Notes: generated from the letters alone by a model not told the origin. DNA of 64,000 bases from the human T2T-CHM13v2.0 reference genome, Homo sapiens (GCF_009914755.1 NC_060944.1), one strand, 5' to 3'; shown: positions 1-15,999, counted from the stretch's first letter. A program made the numbers and translations.

Positions 1-329
1 AGAAAGCCTGACAGGAAAAATAATTCATTTCTTCCCTGAGACATTTATTCACTGTCTTTTTCTTTTCTTGTTTTAAGGCAAATGATTGACTACACAGTTG
101 TAAATTTCAGCTGAAAAGATGTCTGGAGGTTGAAGAAAAATACAGTGAGCTTATTGTTTGAAAACTCAACTACCATATTGTTTAAAAATCAAAAAGTTCC
201 CAAGGTTTCCGGAATTTTCAGACACGAATGTAAACTAACTCTCTCTTACGTGGCTCTGTATTAGCTACAAGCTCATGTCTATGTATGTAAGAGTAATTTT
301 TATGTAAGAGTAATTTTTAAAACATCTGG

Positions 330-615
330 GAGACTGAGGAGGTATGAAAACTAAAGGCAATGTGGTAACTTGGGGCCGGATCCTGGAACAAAAGAGGACA
401 GTAATGGGAAACTGGATAAAATCCCGTGAAGTTTGAAGTTTAGTTAAGAGTAACGGACCAGTGTTGGTTTTTAGTGGCGACAAATGTCCCATAACAATGT
501 AAGATGTTAACAATAGGGAAAACGGGGTGAGAGAAATACAGGAACTTTTTGTACTATCTTTGCAACTTTCTGTAAATCCCAAACTAGTCTCAAATAAAAA
601 GTATATTTTTTTAAA
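330..615 (+). mobile_element. Old L1 (L1MC/MD-type) 3' end
   Basis: Typical L1M 3'UTR text (gtactatctttgcaactttctgtaaat...aataaaaa) ending at a poly(A) signal. Confidence 0.75.
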
Positions 616-1608
616 TATGGAAGGTTCTACCCAGACTCAGCAACAGGAGAGGCCCAGAGAGGGAGAGAGGACTAGACTTCAGGGGCTGGGGGAGGGTTAA
701 GGGGCTTCGGTCTTACCTATAACAGGATAAATATTTGTGTTAAGTCGAATGTATTCAGCTATTCCTTATGCAATTCAAGTTAACTTAAAAAATATTTTAT
801 GAAAAGGAGAGCTACAGCTATCTCCTTGATTTGAGGCTGTCTTTACTTTTTCTCCTAAATCACAGATGCTCAATGGAGCTGGAAAACCTTTGGGACCAGG
901 AGGCTGTGACATCTGACCCTGGCTCCGTTCTGTCCAGGCTGTGGGACCTCAGGGGAAGGTAGAGACTTCATAGGCCTCAGTTTCTCCCTGGCAAATGAAA
1001 TTACTAAGCCCACCGACCCCCGTCTTCCAGACGGGGAATCCCGGGGTGGGTGGTTCCAGGGCATGATCAAGACATCCCCCAGGGGCTCTACACTCCGCTG
1101 GCTCAACACTCCCATCTGTGTAATGGGTTGAGGAGCGAGGCTATCCCTATAGGACTGCCGAAAGCAAGGCAGGGTTTGACAGCGCGTAGGTGGGTGCCAG
1201 GTGCAGGCAGAGGCTGGAGAGTGGAGAGCGCTTCTTCCACCCGGGCCACGCAGAGGCTGTCCCCGCACGGCTCCCCACCCACAAACCCTCGGTCCTCACC
1301 TGAAACCCCCTCCTAGGTCCCTGCCGTCGCGCTAAGGGCCAGACTCGGACTTGTCGCGGTGGGCGATTCGCCCCGGGGGACCTACCGGACCCCGCACCTT
1401 CCCACCTTGCACCTTCTTGGCAGGGGGAGCACGGCCTGGCCCCCTCACCCACGTGCGGGGCCCCGGGACTCCCACCTCCGAGGGTCTCGCCTTGCCCAGG
1501 ATACTGGAGCGGGACTCGGGCCGGGCCGGCCGCGGGCTCCGAGACCCTTGGGCTGCAGCCCGGGCGGGAGCCGCCCCCTTTGTCTGGCGGGGCCGAGCGG
1601 AGCAGGAC

Positions 1609-1614
1609 ACTCAC
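1609..1614 (-). other. PTGIS: 5' splice donor of PTGIS intron 1 (CG|GTGAGT)
   Basis: Plus strand actcac at 1609-1614 is GTGAGT on minus, immediately after the exon 1 coding sequence. Confidence 0.95.
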
Positions 1615-1688
1615 CGCGTGCGGCGGCGGCTCAGTAGCAGCAGCAGCAACAGTGCGGCCAGGAGGCCGAGGAGCGCGGCCCAAGCCAT
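1615..1688 (-). CDS. PTGIS: PTGIS (prostacyclin synthase, CYP8A1) exon 1 coding part, 74 nt, N-terminal ER membrane anchor
   Basis: Reverse complement of 1688..1615 reads ATG GCT TGG GCC GCG CTC CTC GGC CTC CTG GCC GCA CTG TTG CTG CTG CTG CTA CTG AGC CGC CGC CGC ACG CG = MAWAALLGLLAALLLLLLLSRRRT(R), the recognised PTGIS N-terminus. Strong Kozak context (gcgATGG), followed by the donor GTGAGT (phase 2). Confidence 0.97.
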
Positions 1689-1690
1689 CG

Positions 1691-1747
1691 CGGGGCTGGC
1701 GGGGCTGGCGGGGCTGGCGGGGCTGGCGGGGCTGACGGGGCTGGCGG
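1691..1747 (-). repeat. PTGIS: PTGIS promoter/5'UTR 9-bp VNTR (CCGCCAGCC)n, 6 units
   Basis: Plus-strand units cggggctgg start at 1691, 1700, 1709, 1718, 1727 (variant cggggctga) and 1736. The array begins 3 nt upstream of the ATG. This is an established polymorphic Sp1-type repeat. Confidence 0.95.
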
Positions 1748-1924
1748 CCTGGCCCACTCCCAGGTAAAGTTCCCCGCCCCCACCCGCCGCGCCCCTCCCA
1801 CTCCGCCCACCCCAGCCCGCTTTGGGGCGGGGTGGGGGGGGTGGGGGATGGGGCCCTCCGAGGTCCGCAGGGGTCGGACCGGGGCGCTCTGGGAGAAACC
1901 CTGCTCCCCGCAGCTCAGGCCTGG

Positions 1925-2290
1925 GGGAAAATGTGGGAGGGAGGGGAGGGGAGAAGGAGGGGGAGGGGGAGGGGGCGGAAGGGATGTGGTGGGCTGGGGA
2001 GTGATCAAGGGGAAAGGAGATAGATGGGGGACTGAGGGGGATGTGGTGGACTGGGGGGTGATGGAAGGGAGGGGAGAGGGAGAGGATTTACAGGAAGGAA
2101 GAGATTATATGCGGGGAGGGAAGAGGGATGGGGAAGATGGGAGAGGACTTTTGGGGAAGGGAAGAGGAGGGAATGTGGGAAGACGGCGGGACGATGGGGA
2201 AACAGCCAAGGAGGTATGGGGAGGAGGGGGCACAGTGGGAGGAGAAAATGTGGTGGGAGGGGACGAACATGGAGGAGGAGTGTAAGGGGG
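1925..2290 (+). repeat. G/A-rich low-complexity tract upstream of the PTGIS promoter
   Basis: Many GGG/GGGG runs separated by short A/T linkers, with very few C on the plus strand. Confidence 0.85.
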
Positions 2291-3039
2291 TCAGGAGGAG
2301 CTTTCCCACCACATTCCACATTCCACCTAGACAGAGGAAACCCCCCAAGGCTCCTCCTCACCCCATCCCCCACCCCAGGCGTGCTGGGGACCTGGAGTTT
2401 TCCATTCTGTGGTCTGGGCTGGGAGGGCTGGTCTGGATTATATCGCACCCTATAGTATCTTCAGTAACTACTGGGCAGGGGGTACAAGGGTGTCTCAGGG
2501 AGTCCCCTCATCCTCACCTGCTTTGGGGACAGATAGTGCCCGTGAAGTATGCACCCTCTACCTGGTGCACGTTAGGGCCTCCGGATGTGGTGGCCATTGT
2601 CATCGCTACCTGGTGCTTGGGGTGCCAGCCCCCTGTGCCCGCGGCTCTGCAATGTACCACCCCAGGGTGCTGATGAGAACTGGGGGTCAATCCAGCCTCA
2701 CTCCACGCCCCTGCCCCCACCATCCCCATTCCCACCCTGGGAAGCGTTGGGCAGGTAGCTCAACCTCTCTGAGCTCACCTCATTATCTGGAAACAGGGAG
2801 GGCAGAGTTGTGCTTACCTCTGGGGCTGTTGTGAGGAAGTGATGAGAGCTTGACACTAAAAGGAATCACAAACTGTTGAGTGCTTGGCACACTAAGTTTT
2901 ATGAAACCATGGGCTGAACCTGGAGGTAAGACCCAGGAGGTCTTGTTCTAGTCCTGTATCCACCCATTCAGTGCCGGGTGAGCTTAGGCACGTTTCATTC
3001 CATAGTCCCAGCAGAGCTCTGGAGAAGCTGTTGCTCCTC

Positions 3040-3480
3040 CTGGTCTCCTGGCTTCCATCCTTATCAGCCAGGGTCCTGACAAGGCCCTTCGAGAACCAGC
3101 ATGATCCGCCCCTTCTCACCTTTACCTGCCTGACCCTATGCCCCCGACTCTCTCCCTCACCCACTCTGCTCCAGCCACACTGATCTCCCCATCTTTCCCT
3201 AGAGGTCCCACTGCAGGGCCTTTGCACGTGCTGTTCCCTCTGTTCGGAGCATTCTTCGCACAGCCTGCTCTTTCCACCACCTCCCCGGTGCCTCTATCTC
3301 TGCTCAGCTGTCACTGCAGAGAAGCTGTCTTTGGCCACCTGGTCTAAAACAGTCATCTCCTCTTACTGATTTTTGTTTCTTTGTTTTTTTGATAGTTTTT
3401 TTTTCTGGCAGTACTTCACATGTCCTGCTATCATACTCAAGATTCATTCATTTGCCTGCTTAATGTTGGCTGTCGAGGCA
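3040..3480 (+). mobile_element. L2 3' fragment
   Basis: L2 hallmark ctccagccacactg...cagggcctttgcacgtgctgttccctctg. Confidence 0.7.
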
Positions 3481-5934
3481 GCTGGATGACCCCCTTGTGG
3501 CCTCAGCAGATTCAGAACAGCAGGAGGCAAAAGGAGTTTTCTGATCCTCTTGTTTATTTTTCCAGCTTATCTGCCAGAGAAGCCAACAATCCCAAGAAGG
3601 CCATAGAACGGGTCCAGAGGATTTTCTCCAAATTTGGGGAGCTCCAAAGGGCTGTCTGCTAGCAGTGGGGTTCACAGCTGGGCTTGGCCGATCCTCAGCT
3701 TTGTGACCCCAAGCAGACTGCTCCACCTCCCTAAGCTGAGGTTCCTCATTGACAGAATGGGGAAAAGAGAACCTCATGGAGTTGAGGTCAGGAACAAACG
3801 ACCTGGTCCATGGGGCACACCTATGTGAGTGCCTGTCACACCATGAGCATCAGGGAAAGTTAACCGCAATTAGCGCTTATACCAGTTCCGCTCCTCTCCA
3901 TTATCTGTGATCAGGCTTGGTCTCAATTTTCCCATCTGAAAAATGGGAAGAACAGTTCCTTCCTCATGGGGCTGCTTTGAGAACTGAATTAAATGAAAAG
4001 AGAATGAAATCACCCAGCACAGGGTCTGGTATACAATAGGTACTCAATAAATATTAGTTCTTCTACTCCCCACCCCTGGCTTCAGTGCAGACCAATATCA
4101 CCTCAATACAAATATCTCTTCCAGATACTCTCTTCCCTTCTCGACCCATAGACAAAATCCTCCCAGGGAAGGAGAGGCAGCTGCTCACACACCAAAGGGA
4201 GATGAATGTGAGCCTCTGGTTCTTCCTGGATTTGTTCAGGAGTCGGCATATGTTTAGGAAGGTGGCCAGGCCCCCTTCCCAGAGAATGACCCACCATGGG
4301 TCTGAGCTGGTCCAGGAAATCCACCTTTGCTAGTGATTTGTCCTGAGGTGGGCACCTTCCAGATATCTGTTGCGGGCTTCTAGAAAAATGTGTTTCCTTC
4401 CTATTTGCCTTCTCTTCTGCTTTGGGGGCAATCGTGTGGGAATGTGATTAGTGGGGGAGCTGAGGGGGGCTGTAGTGTTATGAGGGAAGGCCAAGAAAAC
4501 TGCAGAGCCCCAAACCAGAGCTGCGGAATCACCATCCCTGGAACCACCTGCCTATAGATTTCTCATTTAATGAGCTAACCACACGTCTGTGCTAGGACAC
4601 CATGAGTCAGATTTTTCTAATACTTGCAGCCAAAGACATTCCCAACTGAGACGCCTTCTAGATATGGCTGAAGGGAGGACCAAATGAGGCAATGATGCAT
4701 CCGGAGCACCTCTGCAGGACTGGCCCATGCGAGAATTCAAAAGTGTTGCTTTGTTTTATTATTTTTACTTTGCTTACTGTGTAAGCTTTCTATGTTTATC
4801 AGGCTGACAGGACATCCAACCCTCTGGCTATGGCATCTTGGAGGAACAGGCAGGCCTTGAAAATAGCAGAAATTCCGAATTCCCCTGCCCCGGGAGGACT
4901 CAAAGGACCCTGCTGAGGACAGAGCTGATATGGCCTCAGAATAAAGATGAGGGAAGACCATCCCAAGGAAGACCCCTCTAGCCCATGGCAAAAGGGCTGG
5001 AATACGCAAGGATTTGAAAAGCAAGTTTTGCTTTCCATATAAACCTAAGCAAGTCGCTTAATCTGTGAGCCTCAACTACTTTACTTGTGCAATGGGCATG
5101 TTGCTGGTAGTGGTGATAGCAGGGAGCCACCGAGAGAGCTTCCAAGTGTGCCATCTAAGCCCTCCTCTGGGGAAGGGAAGCTCCTCTGGGGAAGGGAAAC
5201 TGGACCCCCGGGAAAATTTATTCTCCCAGGGACGAACATCCAGACATTTCCCTGTAGGAGCCTCAGTGTGTTCAGATGTTCACTGTCCAGTAGAAACAAG
5301 ACATCTAGGCAACTCTCCCATCTCACCAAGCCTCTGCTCTCTTCTGTGGCCACTGTGGGGTTGTGAGAGTAATGTCAAGACCCAACCCAATTAGAACACA
5401 GGGAATTTTGCCTGGGAAAGGGAGCCCTTCTACCCTACACCCCTGCTTTCTCTCTTCCAAGGATCAGGTCTGATTCATGTCTGCATCCTAAAGGCTACAA
5501 ATAAACTGTGTCCGGAAAGGAAAATATTATGTGTATTGCCTTCTTCAAGGCTAAAAACCAGTCTCAACAGAGAGGGGCAGTTTTAAATATTTTTTTGTAA
5601 CAATAGTTCTAACTTTAGTTAGTAACTGAAGCCATCTGAAACACTTTTTCATAATAATTTATTTATTCCCCACAAAGAACCTATAAAATGGGTAGTAAAA
5701 TTATTCCGAATTCACAGATGGTGAAATCAAGGTCCAGAAAGAGTCACTTCACCCAAGGTCACGTAGTACTTCCTTTGATAAGCTAGAGCATGGGAATTTG
5801 ATGGCTTCTTAGGACAAGCTAACTTACTCCCTGGTGCTGCAAACACACCCTGGGCCTTCCCACCTCCACACCTTTGCTCATGCTGTTTACCTGCCTGGAA
5901 GCCCTCTCTTTCTCTACCTTTTGATTTTTCCAAA

Positions 5935-6640
<706 letters not shown>

Positions 6641-7464
6641 CACAGCTGCCGTCTAAAACTGGAACAATGCAAGAATAAATTCTTCCACTTACAGAAGCTA
6701 AACGAGGTTGAGAGGTGGAGGGGAAGGAGAGACCCAAACCGCAACGTTTCTGGTGTTTTTGTGCTGCTAAAGAGAGAGTGGTAAACTCAAGTCTTCGAGC
6801 AAGTATTGCAAATGAATGAAGTGAGCCAGTCATATCAGGAAGGCAACAGGGAGGGATGGGAACAATGGAAAACTAGAGAGGGCTGCCCCATCCAAAAGGA
6901 AGCAGCTTCTGGCAGTACCAGCCAACTAAAGCCACGTAGAAATACATGCCTAGTGTGGCCAGATCTTTAGACTCAAGAGAAGCCAGAAATAATGGCTCCA
7001 ATTATTTTAAAACGCTGCATAGACCAACAGCACACACCTGCCCCCAGATTTTTAGCCCTGCAGTCTAGTTGTGCCAAGGGCCAGTGGTTTAAACATTTGG
7101 GGTATGTAAAATAGGTTTGGAGTTGGGATGTTGAACAAAATTGCTCTGTAGAATTAAGGAAGGACAACAGAGTTTTAGGGGGCAGCCTGAAAGAGGGGGC
7201 AAAGACCAGGCCGACATGAGCACAGATTGGGGGCCTGTCCCAGTGTGACATCCTCTGTGGAATTAGGAGCCAATAAATGACCATTTCTATTGGTGATGTG
7301 TCATACTGAGTGTTTAGTTGTTTGCTGTCTTGGGCTGTGGAATAACACCACACATACACTCATATACATACACACGCACACACACACATGCACTACTCTC
7401 ACATACACACTCACATGTTGCCCCAGTTACCCCCAAACGTTCAGAAACAATCTGCTACACACGT

Positions 7465-7576
7465 CAAGTGACCAACGCATCCTGGTTTGCCCAGACTTTC
7501 CCAGTTTTAGCACTGAGAGCCCTGCATCCTGGGAAACCTCTCGGTCCTGGGTAAACCAGGAAGGTTGGTCACGCTA
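7465..7576. mobile_element. MER81 hAT MITE
   Basis: Terminal inverted repeats gtgaccaac...gttggtcac with internal ctggtttgcccagac/ctgggtaaaccagg, matching the recalled MER81 consensus. Confidence 0.8.
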
Positions 7577-7699
7577 TCACCACACCTCAGCGTAGCGTGT
7601 GAGTGGCCAGAGATTGGGTCAGAGCTGTGGCAGCCACCTTGGAGCCTGAGGAGAATCTTTGCTAAGTCACACAATTAATTAGCCACCCCTGGAACTGTG

Positions 7700-8110
7700 C
7701 TGCAGTAGATTAGATCATAGTCTCCAATTTTTACCCACTCCCTGTATCAGAATTAGACATTCACGCCCTTGGCTGCAGGGTTGCGGTGCCTCCCACTATG
7801 AGCAGAGAATAGTATCTCCCTGACTCAGTGATGGTGGACTCGGGCCTGTGACTCAATTTGATCAGTGGAGGATGAAGAAATGACCAGTTGCCAGTTCTGA
7901 GCAGAGGTTTCACGAGGAATCACATATTTCCACTTGACCTTGGTTTCTGCCTTGAGCCATGACCCACAGGGCAAACCTGAGCTCAACCTGCAGCCTGAAG
8001 TAGAGAACCCCTAGCTGACCTGCAGAGGTCCGAAGAAGAAAAATGTACGTGTTGTTACAAGTCATGGAGATTTTGAGATCTTCTTAAGCAACAAGAATTG
8101 ACTAATGTAT
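7700..8110 (+). mobile_element. MLT1 (MaLR LTR, F/G/H-type)
   Basis: LTR-like text actcgggcctgtgactcaatttgatcagtgg and 3' end gttgttacaagtcatggagattttg...gactaat. Confidence 0.6.
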
Positions 8111-8320
8111 ACTTTATCTCTGAACTTTTTAGAATCCTTTTGGTTGAATGTTCTTTGTACCAGTTAAATTAGAATAGGCTGCTTTCTACTCTTGGAGCCT
8201 TGGTACATCTGTACAAGAGGATGATGACGACAAGGCCCCCCTCCCATGGTGGTTGGACGAATTCAAGAAGATCTTGTGTCTAGTGCATGCAGTAGGCACT
8301 TAATAAAAGAGATGATGCTA

Positions 8321-9220
<900 letters not shown>

Positions 9221-9849
9221 CTAAAGTGCAAGGATGTCAGCTGCAGGGGAGCCATCCTCCAGCATCCTTCCCCAGGAGAGCCAGGATTATGTAGGGAATG
9301 TGCTTGGCTAAGAGCCCAGAGGTGGGGCAGCTACCCAGATGCAAACATGGCTGGGCCAGGCGGCCTTTCGTTCAGCGTTCCCAGGCTAATTCCACCTAGA
9401 CCTTGTCTTAGCCTGTGAGAGGATGTTCTGGAGTGGTCTTGCCCCTCTTCCCAGGCTATCTGCCAGAGGTGGTGGGTGCTACAGGAGAGGGACTCCAGCA
9501 AGCTTCTCATCCTTTGGTTTTCCCAGGACGGGGGACAGGTGGCCTCACGGCTCCCAACCAGCTGCCTTGGCACTTTGTAGTGGAAAAAATGATGAAGTCA
9601 GACCTCAGTCTCCTCAACTCCCTGCTGTCCTGCCTGAGAGCCAGCCTAGCATGGAAGGCAAGGAGAAAAGAGACCCATGTTGATCTGTCACCCAGACAGA
9701 CCCTGAGTGATGATGCTCCTGCCACCCTGAAGCACCCCAAGAACCTCAGAACTTCTGGCTTCTCATCTTGAAAATGGGACAGCAGTCATAGCTGCTTTGC
9801 TTATTATGTCAAGGAGTTACTAAAGAGGATCCAGTTAGATAGTGGGGGT

Positions 9850-11509
<1,660 letters not shown>

Positions 11510-11755
11510 TCAAAATAACATAGTGAACCACAAACACTGGCTACCTAGTAAGCCACAAAGAACATGGCAATAATTTTTTTAAAAGCAGAATAAAAGTACA
11601 ATAGTCTCAGATCGCAATGCAACAAGCCTGTGTGACCTCCATTCCTCTCCCTCCCACCCCAGCACCTCCCCAGAGGGCAATAATCCCCCAGCCCCACTTC
11701 ACCAGGCATCAGCTCCTGTGTCTGTTCCATGTTAGATCATGTTAGATCTCATCTT

Positions 11756-12040
11756 GGCCAGACACGGTGGCTCACGCCTGTAATCCCAGCACTTTCAGAG
11801 GCCGAGGCAGGTGGATCACCTGAGGTCAGGAGTTCAAGACCAGCCTGGCCTACATGGTGAAACCCCATCTCTACTAAAAGTACAAAAATTAGCTGAGCAT
11901 TGTGGCAGGCACCTGTAATCCCAGCTACTTGGGAGGCTGAGGCAGGAGAATCGCTTGAACTGGGAGGCGGAGGTTGTGAGCTAAGATCGCGCCACTGAAC
12001 TCCAGCCTGGGCAACAGAGTGAGATGCTGTCTAAAAAAAA
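11756..12040 (+). mobile_element. Alu (AluS-type)
   Basis: Full Alu with TSD atctcatct on both sides. Confidence 0.95.
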
Positions 12041-12439
12041 ATCTCATCTCAAACACACAAACATTTCACTGCTTTAAAAAAAAAAAAATAGAAATCTTTG
12101 GTGGATGTTCAGCCACGCTCATGGTTCACAGCTCCAAACTCTGATGCACAGGCAATCACATAGCCCAAATGTCTACATGTCCTGCATGTCCGCAGAGGGC
12201 TAGAGTGAGAGAGCCTGGGCTCCACGGCCAGACTATGTGAACTCAAAGCCTGGCACCCGCCCCCCCACTTAAAAGGCCTCAGGCATATTGCTTATCTGTG
12301 CCTTTGTTTCCCCAGGTGTCAAATGGAGTTGGTTGTGAGGATGAAAAGAGTTAATCTCTGGAAGTATGGAAAGCCTTGGATAAATGTGGGCTATTAGCAT
12401 TATTTTCACAGCCTCCCAACCTCCCTCCACTAATACCAG

Positions 12440-12770
12440 ACACGCTGGAGAGAGTTCTCTGTCTCCCTAACCATTTATTTGGTGATCAGAAGGACCTTCT
12501 GCCTGTGATTTCTGACCTGGCAGGATACTGGGGGACCACTTTTGCCTCTGCCTGGAGATAGCATGTCTGAGAATGAAACCGACTTACAGGGCAGCAGAAC
12601 CAAGAGATAGGGAAATACAGTTTCTTGAGATATCATTTGAACCCCCGGATTCAGCCATGCCTGAAGCCAGAATGCTCCTGACCACATGAACCATTAAATT
12701 ATTTTTGTTTGCTTGTTTCAGCCAATTTGGGTTGAGTTTCTTTCACTTGCAATAGAAGAAAGTTCTCCAT
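12440..12770 (+). mobile_element. MLT1J/K-type MaLR LTR fragment
   Basis: Characteristic ggattcagccatgcctgaagccag...gttgagtttctttcacttgcaa 3' end. Confidence 0.65.
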
Positions 12771-12969
12771 TCTGAAGCTGAATAAGGTAGTATGTGAAGT
12801 ACTTGTTTCATACCTGGTGCTTAATGGATGAAACCTTATTACATTCTCATTTCGTAAACCTTCTCCAGGGCTTTCTGGGAGGCAACCAGATATGAATTAG
12901 AGTGACACAGCTTTGCACTCCTTGCCCAGCCTGGATAAGATGCCCCATTCGCAGCAAGCTCTATGCAGT

Positions 12970-13146
12970 CAGGGCCAGCTTCATGGACATGCAACCTGGG
13001 TGCTCACATAGGCCCCTGCACCCAGAATGGTCTCATGCTCGGCTTAGCGCTCTCCTGTCACCAGCTTGAAATTCTTAATTATTTTTGAACAAGGGTCCCC
13101 ATGATTTTACTTTACTCTGGTACCCACAAAGTATATAGCTGGTCTT
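12970..13146 (+). mobile_element. MER45A hAT MITE
   Basis: cagggccagcttcatgg...ttgaaattcttaattatttttgaacaaggg...tagctggtc matches the recalled MER45A consensus. Confidence 0.8.
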
Positions 13147-15529
13147 AATACCAGTATCATCTCCACTTTCCAGGTGAGGAAACTGAAGCTCAAAGAGGGG
13201 AAGCAAGCAGCCCAAGGTCACACAGCAAGAAAGGGGTGGAGCTGGGAATCAAATTCTGATTCTGAGGCCCAAGTTCATAACTGCGATGTGCCAGTGCCTG
13301 GACAATTCCTCATATGTGGATGGCACTTCACAGTTTATACTCTAGTGCATAGCATTTGACCCTCATACCAGCTTTAGAAGCAGAAATTGTCATGCTGGCA
13401 TCAGGCAGAGTACTTGGGTTTGTTCAAGCCTCAGAAACCAACCCTGGCTAATTTAAGAAAAAGAAAAGGTGGGGACGAGGTATTGGAAGGAAAAGTTGAC
13501 CAGCTGGGACTTGGAAAGGACAGGAACAAGCAGCTCCGGGAACGCGGGGAGCAGGAGCCAGGGGTGTGGGGAGCAGGAACCAGTGGCCAGGTCTTCGGGG
13601 CTCCAGCTGTTTCCAATCTCAGCATTCGTTCCGCTTCAGTTTCTGATTCTCCCACGAGAAAGTCTGATTGGCCATGTTTGGGTCATGTGCCTGCCCACAG
13701 ACCTTGATGGTCAACCAAACAAGGTGGGAAGGATGATCCCCCAAAGGCGGGTCAGAAAGTGGGGTGGGAGGGCTGAAAGCTGGGCAGGGACGGCTGTGTG
13801 CGCATTTTACAGATGAGGAATGGGAAGCCCAGACAGAAGGCAAGGCCACAGAACCGGGAATGGTGGAGTCTGGGCTCCAGTCAGAGGCCCAGGCTGCCTC
13901 TCTTCACTCCCAGGACTCCAGGCTGGCAGGGGAACAGGAGGGCATTGTTCTCCCTGTTGGAGTGAATGGCCGCCTCCTGGGAAACCCAGGACCCAGATGG
14001 GGTCTCCCCAGGGCGCAGGAAACTGCCTCAGACTGAGCTGTATTCAGGGGTCGAAGCCTCCTCCCCACCCTCCCCCTACAGTGGACAGACTCCCCCTTCA
14101 AATCCAACCTCACTGCTCAGCTCTAGCCCTATGGTTTTTAAGAGAAGCTAGTGGGGGAAAGGCTTATTTTTCCAATGTGCATTTTTTCCGGTATGTAAGA
14201 TACTGTGTGGACCAAATAAAATATGTCCAGACCTGGAAACAGCCCAAGCATAGCTAGTTTATAAGTCCTGGAATGCTCCTTCCTGCACACAAAAATTAAG
14301 GGTCTGTTTACATAGATATGCTAGTGTGTTGGAGTTGAACTTTTCCTTACTCTGAACTCAGATATGCAAAGAAAAATGAGCCTTTTACATTTTCCATGGA
14401 TGTCATCTAGTTCAGTGATTAGGAGCAAGAGACATGCTGGAGCCAGAGAACCTGGGTTTACATCTTGGCTTTGCCACTATGTGACCTCAGGCAGGTCACT
14501 TAACTTCTCTGAGTCTCAGTTTCCTTTAAGGGACATATGTACACACGGGTGTGGCATTTAATAAAAACCACAAAAGTCCCTGCTACTGCTCTGTGTCCAT
14601 GGTATGATGTTGGTCATGAGCCCTCACACTGGAAGAAATACAAAATCTTAAGCCAGGCTAATCATTTAAACTGTCTATTTAGGCAAGACAGGCTTCCCCT
14701 GGGGTATTTCAGGGACAAACTCCATTGATCAGTTTCCCACCTTCCTCTGCTCCTCTTCAAGAAGCTTCTGCCTGAACACCACTTTGGTAACAGGGAAACT
14801 GAGCTCCGAGGAGAGAGGTCAAGGTTAGGAAATGTCATTTAGTGAGTGTCCCTTCTGCACAAAGCCGTATAGGTACGCAAGCTCCTTGAATCCTCATAAC
14901 CATTCTGGATGGAAAGAATCAGGACTCCCTTAACCAACATTGTGGAGCTTGCAAGTAACGGAGGCAGCATTAGATTCCAGGATGTTCAACTTCGAGGCCT
15001 GCCTTTTCTCTGCTCCTATTAACTGTGTATTCCCATTCCTGGTCATAAGGCAAGATTCAGAGGCATCTGTGCTCCAATTGACCATGGCGCTTGATCCCAA
15101 AAGGAAAAACTCTTTCTCTCTCTCTCTACCTGATTAACAATAATAATAACAATAATTTAATGGCTCAAGCAGGGAAAGTCCAGTGGTGGGAAATCCTGGC
15201 TTCAGGGAACTGGGAAGAAAAACAGCTTCAGGAATGGCAGGATCCAGGGGCTCCATGGATGTTGCCAGGACTCACTTCTCTCTCTAAGCAATGCTTTCCT
15301 TTGTATTGGCTTCTCCCTCAGGCAGCCTCTCCCTGTTTTGTATCAAGATAGCCTTAGCAGTCCTTATGCCCTGGCAGCTTGGTGATGCCAGCAGAAGGAG
15401 ACTCTGGGACTAACTCTGGTTGGCCTTATTAAGGTCAGATGCAAATCCCTTTACTTCTTTCTCTAGCTCATATCGGTCAGGCCTGCGTCGCCTTCCCACT
15501 TCTAGATCTGGAGGTAGAGACTAGGGTAG

Positions 15530-15850
15530 TTTTCTCACATTGATGCCCTAATTAATGACCTTCCTGCATCCGAGCCCTTTGCAGTGTGAGTTTATTTCCA
15601 CATGATCTGAATCTGGGCTTGGCCTTGAGACTTGCTCTGACCACTGGAATCCAAGGGAAGTGATGCTGTGCCTGCTTCCAACCTAGGCTTCAAGAGTCTT
15701 CTTCACTTCTCCCCTCTCTGTTGGAACTCTGGATAGCCACCATGAGAACAAACCTGGGCTAGCCAGCTGCAGGAGGAGAAACCATCTTAAGAAGTGCCTG
15801 GTCCCCCAGCAAAGACTAACAGCGCAACAGCCAGCTGACCTATCAGAGTT
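15530..15850 (+). mobile_element. MLT1F-type MaLR LTR fragment
   Basis: gaatctgggcttggccttgagacttgctctgacc...cctaggcttcaagag...gccaccatgagaacaaacctgggctagcc. Confidence 0.6.
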
Positions 15851-15999
15851 TGTTTTTTAAGCAATCTTATCTACCTTCTTGCAGGACTAGGATTGACAGA
15901 TGACAAAAAAAAAAAAAAAAAAGAGTTAAGGCACATCTGTAAAGCTAGAAATTGGAAGGCTGCTAGGGTTTGAATCCTGGCATGGCCATTCCCTAGCTA

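Larger units (their letters stand above)
1..1614 (-). other. PTGIS: PTGIS intron 1 (5' part; continues left of the window)
   Basis: Lies downstream of the exon 1 donor on the minus strand; no exon 2 sequence is visible in the window. Confidence 0.9.
1130..1920. promoter_or_regulatory. PTGIS: CpG island / TATA-less promoter of PTGIS
   Basis: Very GC- and CpG-dense block spanning exon 1. GC boxes ccccgcccc (1772-1780) and ggggcgggg (1824-1832); E-box CACGTG at 1450-1455. Boundaries estimated by eye. Confidence 0.9.

Noticed and set aside
1689-1763. In-frame, stop-free upstream extension of PTGIS from a CUG at 1763 through the 9-bp units
   Set aside because: The CUG context is weak (U at -3) and it may lie upstream of the main TSS. 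An extension would also precede a signal-anchor. There is no support without ribosome profiling.
1147-2673. Numerous overlapping ORFs around the CpG island
   Set aside because: They result from GC-rich, stop-poor sequence. The real coding exon is the 74-nt PTGIS exon 1, which the ORF track does not list.
5162-5198. 19-bp tandem duplication ctcctctggggaagggaa(g); similar small duplications at 285-318 and 11728-11748
   Set aside because: These are ordinary slippage micro-duplications with no evident function.
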